Assembly (NCBI GenBank): GCA_034669905.1
Contig: JAXMOL010000030.1
Coordinates: forward strand, 1 to 64,000
Length of the DNA: 64,000 bases
Direction of reading: 5' to 3'
From: Candidatus Hydrogenedentota bacterium
GTDB lineage: Bacteria; Hydrogenedentota; Hydrogenedentia; Hydrogenedentales; JAEUWI01
Shown here: positions 29,735 to 37,680 of the stretch, in pieces
How positions within the stretch are numbered: the stretch's first letter is position 1
Layout of the letters: each line of letters begins with the position of its first letter
The notes under the pieces: model-generated
Told to the model about the DNA's origin: nothing
Databases searched by the model: none
Seen by the model: only the letters and a program-made list of their open reading frames with translations
Made by a program: the position numbers and the translations under genes

Positions 29735-31336
29735 CTACAGGACTTCACGGGCCTGTGCGGGGTTTCCCCCTGGGTTTCGCTGATTGGAGCCCTTACCGGC
29801 CGATTTCAGGGCCGCCGTGTTTTCCCTGAGCGCTTGGGTCATTTCTCCCACCCCCTCCTTCAGGCCCTCGGTGTCAACGGGGAATTCAGCACGGGCCGCT
29901 TCCACATCGAAGGTCCGGGCACGGGTGGCCTTCAATCGCTCCAATTGTGCGGGGGAATACGTGCCGGCATTGTATGGCGAATTATTCTCGAGTCGCTCCA
30001 AGTCCCGTTGCCTGCGGAACTCAAACAGATCCCGCAACATTTCATCGCGCAGCGGGCCCGGCGCCGTGTTTCGGATTTCACCAATGCGGCCGCGCTCGAG
30101 AGTCTGCCGGCTCCCTATACCGCCCAACACACGACCAAAAAATGCACCCCAGCTATTCTGGTCTTCGCCCGTGTGCAGCTGCACAGCCAGGGCACCAAGA
30201 TCCTGATTTCGGGAGAATTTCGAAAGCATAGTTTGCGGGGCTGTGTCGTTGGCAATGTTTGGGGCGTTTTCCCGGAGTTTTGCATTGATCGCATTCAGTT
30301 CCTGCATTTTCGTGACCGGGTCTTCCAGGCGCTTGGCGATAATTTCCACCGCCTTGCTCGTGTCGCCTGAAATTTTCCCAAGGTCCTCGATAGACCCGGA
30401 AACTTCGTCAATGCTGGAAGCCAAATTTTGAGCCGTGACAATACTTTGCTTGCCGAACAAGTCGATCATCTCGCCCTTGCTGGACTTGAAAAGCTCTTTC
30501 AGCTGGACCAGCTTTTCTTGATAACTTCCCGTCAGTTGGATGCCCTTCTTCTGGGCCTCCTCCATGATCAGGAAAACGTTTCGTAGTCCGGTGAAGGTTT
30601 TCTCAATGGAGCCGGTTTTGAGGGTGGACCCAATCACCGTGCCCAACACCTCGTCAAGGGTGACGCCCACCACGTCCCCCGCACTGGCTAATTCAGGAAG
30701 CCGTGTTGCCAGGTCTTCAAAGCTCAGGCGTGCCTTGTCCTGGGTGTACATAAGTTTGTTCAAAAGCTCGGTGACGTTCTCCACTTCCCCGCCATAGATC
30801 TGGTATGAGGAAGTAAGCAGGTTTTGGGCGGTTACCAGGTCACCCCCCGTGGCCTTCGAAAGGTCTTTCATAGCCTGCCCGAGATCCCCTCGTACCGCAT
30901 CGGAAAGGTTCCCGGTGCCGGATGTCAGATCAAACAGTGCCTGGGCTCCTTGGGCCGCTGTCACATCCAAAGCCGACGACAGCAACACGACCTCCCTACG
31001 CAACCGGGCCAGATCGCCGGCGTTGTCGCCCAGACTCGAAAGAGGTACGATCGCCTTTTCGAGTTCGAGCTGCTTAGCATCGATGGCCTGGGCGGTCTGA
31101 TTGACTTTGCCCAACCCGGCGGCCGCTGCCCCAAGTCCGGCCAGGCCTGCCACGCCCATTAATACACTGCGCCCCAAGCCTTTCATAGTCATGGCGGTCG
31201 CTTGGCCTTCCCGGCGCAAACCGCGCATGCCGTTCCGGGTGTCGCGAAACACGGCTTTGGTAGTTGCCCGCACTCCGGACGTATTGCCCGTTTCAAAATT
31301 CATTTTGACAGTAGTGTCGCCCTTGGACGTACTCAT
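29735..31336 (-). CDS. Phage tail tape-measure protein (TP901-like core)
   Basis: 533 aa, Ala/Gly/Leu-rich and helical; AQALFDL.SG, LSKATGGDL..AQNLL, SFEDLA..LP.LA..G..VGV.LDE, TGLRNVF pattern. Confidence 0.8.
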   Translation of the reverse strand: MSTSKGDTTVKMNFETGNTSGVRATTKAVFRDTRNGMRGLRREGQATAMTMKGLGRSVLMGVAGLAGLGAAAAGLGKVNQTAQAIDAKQLELEKAIVPLSSLGDNAGDLARLRREVVLLSSALDVTAAQGAQALFDLTSGTGNLSDAVRGDLGQAMKDLSKATGGDLVTAQNLLTSSYQIYGGEVENVTELLNKLMYTQDKARLSFEDLATRLPELASAGDVVGVTLDEVLGTVIGSTLKTGSIEKTFTGLRNVFLIMEEAQKKGIQLTGSYQEKLVQLKELFKSSKGEMIDLFGKQSIVTAQNLASSIDEVSGSIEDLGKISGDTSKAVEIIAKRLEDPVTKMQELNAINAKLRENAPNIANDTAPQTMLSKFSRNQDLGALAVQLHTGEDQNSWGAFFGRVLGGIGSRQTLERGRIGEIRNTAPGPLRDEMLRDLFEFRRQRDLERLENNSPYNAGTYSPAQLERLKATRARTFDVEAARAEFPVDTEGLKEGVGEMTQALRENTAALKSAGKGSNQRNPGGNPAQAREVL

Positions 31337-31534
31337 TCACTTCCTTTCAGTTTCGCGCCAAACTTGCGCTACGTATTTCCAAAATCCCAAACGCTCACGG
31401 CCATCGCGGGCGGTCTTGCAGAACTGGTCAGCACGGGCTGTTTTGTCTGCCCATCGCTTCGACGTGGCCGCGATCCAGTCCAGCCAGGGCCGGGGCAGTC
31501 GCCACAGGATGGCCTCAACAATCTTCCAGAGCAT
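31337..31534 (-). CDS. Small Trp-rich basic hypothetical protein (65 aa)
   Basis: ATG coupled to the upstream stop (TGATG at 31532-31536); its stop abuts the TMP start. Confidence 0.55.
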   Translation of the reverse strand: MLWKIVEAILWRLPRPWLDWIAATSKRWADKTARADQFCKTARDGRERLGFWKYVAQVWRETERK

Positions 31535-31863
31535 CAAAGCCCTTCCCGTTCCAGGCGGGCGGCCGCACGGGTGGCCGCCTCGGTACGTTCGGCGTTGGTT
31601 CGGTGCGGGGCAATCTCGGGCCGGGTTTCGCCGTCCTTCAACTGAAAATACGCGACATCCTGATCGGCGATCTCCTTGAAGAACTCCGAAGCCTTGGACG
31701 CATCCACAAACAACCTCTTCCCCACCCGTTGATGAGGTAGGCGCACCTGTTGTCCATTGCGCGTTTTGATGCCCTTTCGACACCAACGCCAGATCGTTGA
31801 TGGGGCGGGATCCCCTGGTACCAATTTCGCAAACTCGCCAATTGTGACCATGTTCGACTTCAT
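31534..31863 (-). CDS. Excisionase/AlpA-like HTH protein (DUF1580-like)
   Basis: PAPSTIWRWCRKG...VRLPHQRVGKRLF motif. Confidence 0.75.
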   Translation of the reverse strand: MKSNMVTIGEFAKLVPGDPAPSTIWRWCRKGIKTRNGQQVRLPHQRVGKRLFVDASKASEFFKEIADQDVAYFQLKDGETRPEIAPHRTNAERTEAATRAAARLEREGL

Positions 31864-31984
31864 TGCAAAACTTCTCCATTTCTTGTTTTTGTTGCATCGT
31901 TCGATTTTTTAAAACCGGGTGGACCGCGGCCCACCCGGCCCCTGAAGGAGGGACAGCATCACAGGCTGTCGCCACAAAAAAGGA

Positions 31985-33130
31985 CTATTGACCCACGCTT
32001 GCCCAACCGGCGCGGTGGTCGATGGTGGTACCACCGAAAACGCTCTTGACCTTCCAGGTCAGCACGTCGGATTGAATCCAAGCGGCATTTGAGGATCCCC
32101 GGTCAGGCACGGTCACCTGGGGGAAGTCGTACCCGGCGAGGGTGCCGAACTCACCGGCGGGAATATTCGCCGGATCCGTGAACAGCGCCCACGAGGTCGC
32201 TCCTTTCGTACCGGAGGTCACGAGGGACGGGATCCACGGGTTGACCAGCAACTGAATGTTGAGGTCCGCAAGCACGTTACGGGTGCCCATCCGTTCTGGG
32301 GTTCCGCTACCAGACCCCGAAGTATCCACGGGATAAACGAGGTTGATGGAGTTGAGGATTTCCATGGCAAGCAACTGCAGGGCGGGGGGCACCATAAGGT
32401 ACTTGGGTTGTGCCACGATGGGATCGCCGTCCGGGTCGGTATATGCGAGCATTTGACCAACCGCGGTGCGCAGATTCTCCACGCTCAAGGGAAGCGAGGA
32501 TACCCCGCTTGGCTGGGCATCAAAGAACGCGTCAACCGGGCCGTCTGCACCGAAATACAGGGAGCTCAAAAACGCTTCTAGCGTCCTAATCAGGGCACGG
32601 GCCATACGCATTGGCATGGTCTCGAATACCCGAACGGGGTCATTCGCCAGGGCCTCTTCGGTCGCCTGAAATAAGGCACCGTACTTGATGACTTTGTAGG
32701 TGTCGGTCTGGCTTTGCTCCAAACTGATCTGCCCATACTCGGCACCCTCCCGAACAATAGGAAGGGTGGTCTCCAGGCCATCAAAGCGGATAGCCTCAAC
32801 AGGTCCGAATGTGGGGATCCCTCGGCGCACCCGGACGATGTTTTCCATGACGCGGGGCGTGTGAGTGTACAGGGCTTGCAGTTCGCGGGCGGTCACGTCG
32901 GCAGTGAGAAGCGCAGCGCTCCCGGTGGTGGTGGCAAAACATTGCCGAATGCGTTCAGCACGACGGCGAGGATCGCCACCATTGCCAAAGAGCAGATCAG
33001 CGGCGGCGGCCAGTTCCGCTTCAGAGAATTGGCTCTGTCGCCGGGCATCCTCGGCGGCCCATCCTTGGGCGAGTTCTAAAAGTTCAGGCATTACGACGGG
33101 TCTCCTTAGGAGGTTTTGATCTTCACGCAA
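31985..33130 (-). CDS. Major capsid protein (Mu gpT-like, HK97 fold)
   Basis: VREGAEY, KYGALFQATEEALAND, PKYLMVPPAL, WKVKSVFGG..IDHR; start may be 33090. Confidence 0.85.
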   Translation of the reverse strand: MREDQNLLRRPVVMPELLELAQGWAAEDARRQSQFSEAELAAAADLLFGNGGDPRRRAERIRQCFATTTGSAALLTADVTARELQALYTHTPRVMENIVRVRRGIPTFGPVEAIRFDGLETTLPIVREGAEYGQISLEQSQTDTYKVIKYGALFQATEEALANDPVRVFETMPMRMARALIRTLEAFLSSLYFGADGPVDAFFDAQPSGVSSLPLSVENLRTAVGQMLAYTDPDGDPIVAQPKYLMVPPALQLLAMEILNSINLVYPVDTSGSGSGTPERMGTRNVLADLNIQLLVNPWIPSLVTSGTKGATSWALFTDPANIPAGEFGTLAGYDFPQVTVPDRGSSNAAWIQSDVLTWKVKSVFGGTTIDHRAGWASVGQ

Positions 33131-33531
33131 ATATTGGACGCGGACGCGGATCCGGACAGGGCGTTAAGCGCGTACCCGAAAAGGGTGTGGCCGCTGGTCG
33201 CATCGACTGACAGCACGGCGGTGCTATCGTCAATGTAGACCGCATCACCAACGGCAACGTCTTCCGTGCCTTGGTCGTCAGAGGCCACGACAGGCAGCGA
33301 AAATACCCCGCTGGTCTGTAGCACCAAGTCCGCATCGTTTCCGGTGGGCTCGGTGACCACGACACCAACCAGGCCACCCACGATGGCGGCATCACCCAGT
33401 TGAGGGGGATCATTGGGTGCGGTGACTACGTTTTCATTCAATGTCAGCTTGGACCCGCCTTGTGTCGGGGCTGGGCTGATTTCCCGGCCAGCCGTTGCGC
33501 CGGTCGGATAATATGCGGTGGGGTATCCCAT
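33106..33531 (-). CDS. DUF2190-like capsid decoration/cement protein
   Basis: GDAAIVGGLVGVV, GVFSLP, VGDAVYID, FGYAL motifs; directly upstream of the MCP. Confidence 0.75.
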   Translation of the reverse strand: MGYPTAYYPTGATAGREISPAPTQGGSKLTLNENVVTAPNDPPQLGDAAIVGGLVGVVVTEPTGNDADLVLQTSGVFSLPVVASDDQGTEDVAVGDAVYIDDSTAVLSVDATSGHTLFGYALNALSGSASASNICVKIKTS

Positions 33532-34577
33532 CAGGTTCCTTTCTTCGCGGCCGATTCGGCCATTTTGCGGGCGGTGGCTTCGGGAAATCCGAGTCGCTGA
33601 AACCGGCCAAAAAACACATCTTCCAGTTGCCCCGGATTGGGCGCACGGCCCGGATATTCGCGGGGCTCAGCGGACTCCAGTTGAATCTTTTCTGATTCGG
33701 CCTCAAGCTCGAGCAGCAAATTGCTTCGTTCGCTCAACGCGATCAGTTCTTCCAAAAAATCATCGTAGGCCATGCCGGTTTCAATGGCATGGAAGGCAAA
33801 CCCGTTCGGGTGTTTCTTCGTGCTCTGGAAGTGCTGAGGCTTGCACTTGGACAGCATCTTCGTGATGCGGTCCCGCTCTGCCATGACGGCAGCTGGAACG
33901 TCTCCCCCGTCTGGCTTGTGGTGGGGCCCAACATTAAGGCCTAGAACTTTTGCTTGGTGGTTCAGGGCCACTTGGGCGCGCTCCACGAAGTCCGGGTTCT
34001 GCAGGGCTTTGCGGAGCCCCACCATAAGATCGGCGGAAAATTGTAGTCCCTCGATGGGCTGGGCGAATAGGCCATCACCCGACGCGGGTTCGTCGACCAG
34101 GTCAACCGCATGCAGGGCATCGACCCGAAGCACTGGCAACAGGGGCGCCCCGCCATCGTCGAACCCTTCACGCTCCACGATGTCAGCACTGACCACCATA
34201 CTGCTACCCAGCATTGTGGGGTGGTCCGTGGCCATACGCTGGATGTGCGCAAGCATGGCCGGGTTGCTCGCATCGCTCAGATGCAGATCAGCCAATACAT
34301 AATCGCCCGCTCTTCGGAAGTTTTGACGCACTCCGCAAAATGTGCCCAGCGAGTCGGTACACATAGACGGGTGCCCAAAGCGGGACTTGATCCCATCGGG
34401 CGCGGCGTTGCCTAACGCTACAACCTGCTCGAGGGTGGTTTCGTCGATGATTACCCCGTGACCAGTGGCAGGGCCCAGCATACAAATTTGTGTGCCGTGC
34501 AGGATGCCGGGTGCATCGCTGTTCGGCTTCATGGCACCCGTGGGCAGGGCTGGCGTCTCGAAAGTGAAACGGGTCAT
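33531..34577 (-). CDS. Putative prohead protease with scaffold-like C-terminus
   Basis: KSRFGHP, ADLHL, LGSSMVV, LHAVDLVDEPA motifs; position before the decoration and MCP genes. Confidence 0.7.
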   Translation of the reverse strand: MTRFTFETPALPTGAMKPNSDAPGILHGTQICMLGPATGHGVIIDETTLEQVVALGNAAPDGIKSRFGHPSMCTDSLGTFCGVRQNFRRAGDYVLADLHLSDASNPAMLAHIQRMATDHPTMLGSSMVVSADIVEREGFDDGGAPLLPVLRVDALHAVDLVDEPASGDGLFAQPIEGLQFSADLMVGLRKALQNPDFVERAQVALNHQAKVLGLNVGPHHKPDGGDVPAAVMAERDRITKMLSKCKPQHFQSTKKHPNGFAFHAIETGMAYDDFLEELIALSERSNLLLELEAESEKIQLESAEPREYPGRAPNPGQLEDVFFGRFQRLGFPEATARKMAESAAKKGT

Positions 34578-35251
34578 TCAGCAGCGGCCTCCAGGGCGTC
34601 ACGTTTGCTCTGGGCTACCTGTCCGGCAAGGAACTGTGCCGAGTTTTCGAAACTCGGGATCGGCGTCACAAACCGCCCGCATTCGCCCCAAAAATCAGGC
34701 CAGCCATCCGTGCCAGTCACAGCGGCCAGTGCGATTTGAGCGAGTTCCAGCGGGTCGGTGAAGGCCTGCCCGGCGTCAATCGTGGTTAAAGCGTCGTAAA
34801 ATTGTTGGCGTGGTTCTTCGCACGCCCAATCCCGAACCCACCCATCGAGGGCGACGGCGAGCAATTCTCGATAGAGGGCTTTCTCCAGACTCCACGACGC
34901 GGCCGTCTTCAAATTAACAATTCGGCTCAATGTCGCCGGGTCCACTCCCAAGCGTCTGGCGAGTTCCCGCTGTCGAATTCCAAGGGCCGATGCGGCCATT
35001 TTGAATCGGATCGCGGAAACCTCCTTCGCGGCCTGCAGTCGCCACTCAAGGGCAAACGGCCCATGCGGGTGGCCTGATTCGATGGCGGCCCGGTTAACCG
35101 CATCCTGGGCCGCGCCGGCCTTTTGGCCGAACGGACTCGTTGCGGTCAGTCCAACAACGGCGTTTGGGAAGGTCTCCCGGAAAATTTCCAAGTCAGTCAT
35201 AAATCGCCTTTCAAAGTGATCCGTATCATTGGCTCGTGCAATTTGTACCAA
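34574..35251 (-). CDS. XRE-like HTH regulator
   Basis: LGIRQRELARRLGVDPATLSRIVN; ATGA overlap with the protease gene; start may be 35200. Confidence 0.75.
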   Translation of the reverse strand: MVQIARANDTDHFERRFMTDLEIFRETFPNAVVGLTATSPFGQKAGAAQDAVNRAAIESGHPHGPFALEWRLQAAKEVSAIRFKMAASALGIRQRELARRLGVDPATLSRIVNLKTAASWSLEKALYRELLAVALDGWVRDWACEEPRQQFYDALTTIDAGQAFTDPLELAQIALAAVTGTDGWPDFWGECGRFVTPIPSFENSAQFLAGQVAQSKRDALEAAAE

Positions 35252-35287
35252 AAGCCTAACACAGCAAAACTCTGCTGTGCTGTGCCA

Positions 35288-35369
35288 ATGTGAAATATAT
35301 TTCCGTTTTCAATGATTAATTTTTGGCCTGTTCCACATTGGAACCCAAAAACAGAAATATATTTCACAT
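35288..35369. promoter_or_regulatory. Pair of palindromic operator-like sites
   Basis: GAAATATATTTC at 35292-35303 and 35354-35365, within a 16-bp inverted repeat in an AT-rich intergenic region. Confidence 0.65.
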
Positions 35370-35553
35370 CCCATAAAACACACGGTTTGTTTTTCCTCGT
35401 AAAACGAAAAACGCCACGGAACGAAACCTCCAAAAGTGAGGTACGTTCCATGGCGAGGCCTAACACGATGTGACGTGTTTTTTTGTTTGGCGTGGCGTGG
35501 GGTTTCGGCCTAGCGGCCGCTATGTCTGTCTGGTATACACCTGAAGAAGGGGT

Positions 35554-35886
35554 TTATTCGGCAGTGCTCAACCGCCGCATTCCCCGCATGGCAGGGGACC
35601 GAAAGCGATCACGGGTACGCGTCAGGCGGTGCCCACATTTAATGCACTTTGTGGGTGCAACATAACCCGAATTGATATGTTCCGAATCAGACACCCCGGG
35701 CATATTCAGTTTCCCGCACGCGGAGCACGTCCGCAGCGCGCTTTCACAGTCAGTTACACCTCGAGCCTGTCGGGCTTTGTGGCCCAGTTCGTTGGCGAGG
35801 TAGTCCGCCAGGCTTTTCCCGGCTTCCTTGGCCTGGGCCTGGAAGGTGGTTGCATTCTGTTCGCTCAGTTCGATACTTACTCGCAT
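35554..35886 (-). CDS. Ribbon-helix-helix-like N-terminus plus Zn-ribbon protein
   Basis: MRVSIELSE...AKEAGKSLADYL; CSAC and CIKC motifs. Confidence 0.6.
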   Translation of the reverse strand: MRVSIELSEQNATTFQAQAKEAGKSLADYLANELGHKARQARGVTDCESALRTCSACGKLNMPGVSDSEHINSGYVAPTKCIKCGHRLTRTRDRFRSPAMRGMRRLSTAE

Positions 35887-36044
35887 TGGTTTTCCTTTCG
35901 AAAGCGTGCCGGCACCCGTGGTACAATGACCTTCTGTCGGTGGTGCAAACCGCTTTCATTGTGACCCTCGGGCGTGTCCGCGCTCGGGGGTCGTTCGATT
36001 TAAGCCAGGCAGAACACCCACCCGGCGAATGGCATAGTTCAGAA

Positions 36045-37193
36045 TCAGCCCAATTCCTTCGCGATTTCCAGGGCCAGGGCCTCGTTTTTCTCCGCGTAGA
36101 GCTCCGATGTGTCTACCCGGCTATGACCTAACGCAATCGACGCGGCCTCGAGTCCGGATTGTTTCCGCACCTCGGTGCCGTGGTTGTGCCTCAGTCGGTG
36201 AGGGTGCCAATGGGGCACACCCGCCTTCACACATGCCCGACGAATGGCCCGGGCGTATGAATAGCGGTCGTAGCTCTCGCTTAGCGTGCGGGTGGTCTTC
36301 CTGGGGTTCGGCTTCTGATTCTTTCGGCGGTGGGTAGTCGCTTGGGCCGCCCTCTCCCGTGCCGCATCTTTTGGGCTGAATAGATAGGCGGACACAGGAC
36401 GATCCTGCAGGAAGGGACGGATCACGGCCTGGGCGCGGGGTCCGAAGTACAACGTGCGGCGCTTCCCTCGGTGGGCGGACTTGTGCCGGTCCAGGCGCAC
36501 AGTCCAGACTTCCCCGGAAGTATCCAGGTCCACGGGGCGCAAATAGCAGATCTCAGATGTCCGGGCACCGGTGAGTAGTTGCAGCTGAATCAGGGCCCAG
36601 ACTTGGCGGGATACGTGGGGCTCTACCGCTTCCACATGGGCCATGGGCACCGGTAACACCTTTTGGGGTTCCCGTGCCTGGGTCCGGCCCGCTTTCAACC
36701 CTTCCACGGCGTCCAGGGCCGTAAGGGTCTGGGGGTTGACCAACTCATGGGACACCCCCCACCGAAAGATTGCCTTAGTGATGGATGTTTTCTTGTTGGC
36801 CGTGGTTCGGGCGGCACCCTCCGCGATCCAGTGCTCACGCAATGCGCGCAATGCCAGGGGCCCGAAGGCTTCGCACTGGTCCGAACCGTACAAGCGGCGA
36901 ATATCGCGGATTACGCCACGGATCACGCCAATGTGGGTGCCCTCTTGATCATAGAACTCCTTTGCATAGGTCCAGTACCGTTCCAGGAGTTCGACTATCA
37001 GGAGGCCTTCGGCGGGGGCGGGAAGGTTCCGACCACAGGCCAACCACTCCTGAATGACACGGTCGTAGTTGGCCTGAACGTCTGGGGAATCCGACCGGCC
37101 AAGGTATTTTCGTCGGCCGTTCAGATTGACGTAGTATTGCCCGGAAGCCTTGTGAAGGCGCATTTCGGGGATTGTGGGGCGGCGGCCGCTCAT
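36045..37193 (-). CDS. int: Tyrosine recombinase (integrase)
   Basis: LLTGARTSE (R), HK, HPHRLRH, LGHS, ELY catalytic motifs; adjacent to the tRNA att site. Confidence 0.95.
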   Translation of the reverse strand: MSGRRPTIPEMRLHKASGQYYVNLNGRRKYLGRSDSPDVQANYDRVIQEWLACGRNLPAPAEGLLIVELLERYWTYAKEFYDQEGTHIGVIRGVIRDIRRLYGSDQCEAFGPLALRALREHWIAEGAARTTANKKTSITKAIFRWGVSHELVNPQTLTALDAVEGLKAGRTQAREPQKVLPVPMAHVEAVEPHVSRQVWALIQLQLLTGARTSEICYLRPVDLDTSGEVWTVRLDRHKSAHRGKRRTLYFGPRAQAVIRPFLQDRPVSAYLFSPKDAARERAAQATTHRRKNQKPNPRKTTRTLSESYDRYSYARAIRRACVKAGVPHWHPHRLRHNHGTEVRKQSGLEAASIALGHSRVDTSELYAEKNEALALEIAKELG

Positions 37194-37358
37194 TGGGCCG
37201 GTCCAGGATCAGTAATCTGGTGGTGGGACTGCTCTTGACAGGTATCCACGGTACGACTCCCGTTTTCCGGGTATATACCCGAAAAACCGTTGTAGTGTCG
37301 CACCGCCAATGCTGGCGGGTAACCTGTCTAAGTGACTGATTCGACTGGATTTGTATAT

Positions 37359-37436
37359 TGGTCGGGGTGGTAGGATTCGAACCTACGGCCCCCTGCTCCC
37401 AAAGCAGGTGCGCTAACCGGACTGCGCCACACCCCG
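37359..37436 (-). tRNA. tRNA-Pro (TGG)
   Basis: CGGGGTGTGGCGCAGTCCGGTTAGCGCACCTGCTTTGGGAGCAGG...GTTCGAATCC...CCCCGACCA cloverleaf with CCA end. Confidence 0.97.
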
Positions 37437-37680
37437 ACCGGGGAAGAGGAAGTATAGCATAGCGTCCGCGCTGGAACCAACATCCGTGACGGATTCTTTT
37501 CCTGCCTGTGAGTCCTTTCCCCGACGCCGTCCCACCGCGCTGGTTGTGCCGCAGGGGCCGGATTCTCTATGCTGTGCTTGGTGTGTTGGTCCGTCGTGCT
37601 CCCCCCTGGAACCGGGGGCCTTTCGGGCGGCCTTCCCCACCGGTTTTCACTGCTTTTCACCACCCACGCAGGGAGTCGTC

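Larger units (their letters stand above)
27249..37407 (-). mobile_element. ~10.1 kb tRNA-Pro-integrated element, candidate phage satellite (capsid plus tape measure; no portal or terminase recognised)
   Basis: 54-bp att repeats, integrase next to the tRNA, 12 co-oriented ORFs with phage-like motifs. Confidence 0.9.

Noticed and set aside
31535..31975. N-terminal part of the 212-aa ORF 31337-31975
   Set aside because: It overlaps the HTH gene in another frame; only the coupled last 65 codons are plausible
27249..37407. Complete prophage, encapsulin locus or gene transfer agent
   Set aside because: Too small and lacks recognisable terminase, portal, tail and lysis genes; integrase, rep and TMP argue against encapsulin or GTA. 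A deleted prophage is disfavoured by intact coupled ORFs and perfect att sites but is not excluded
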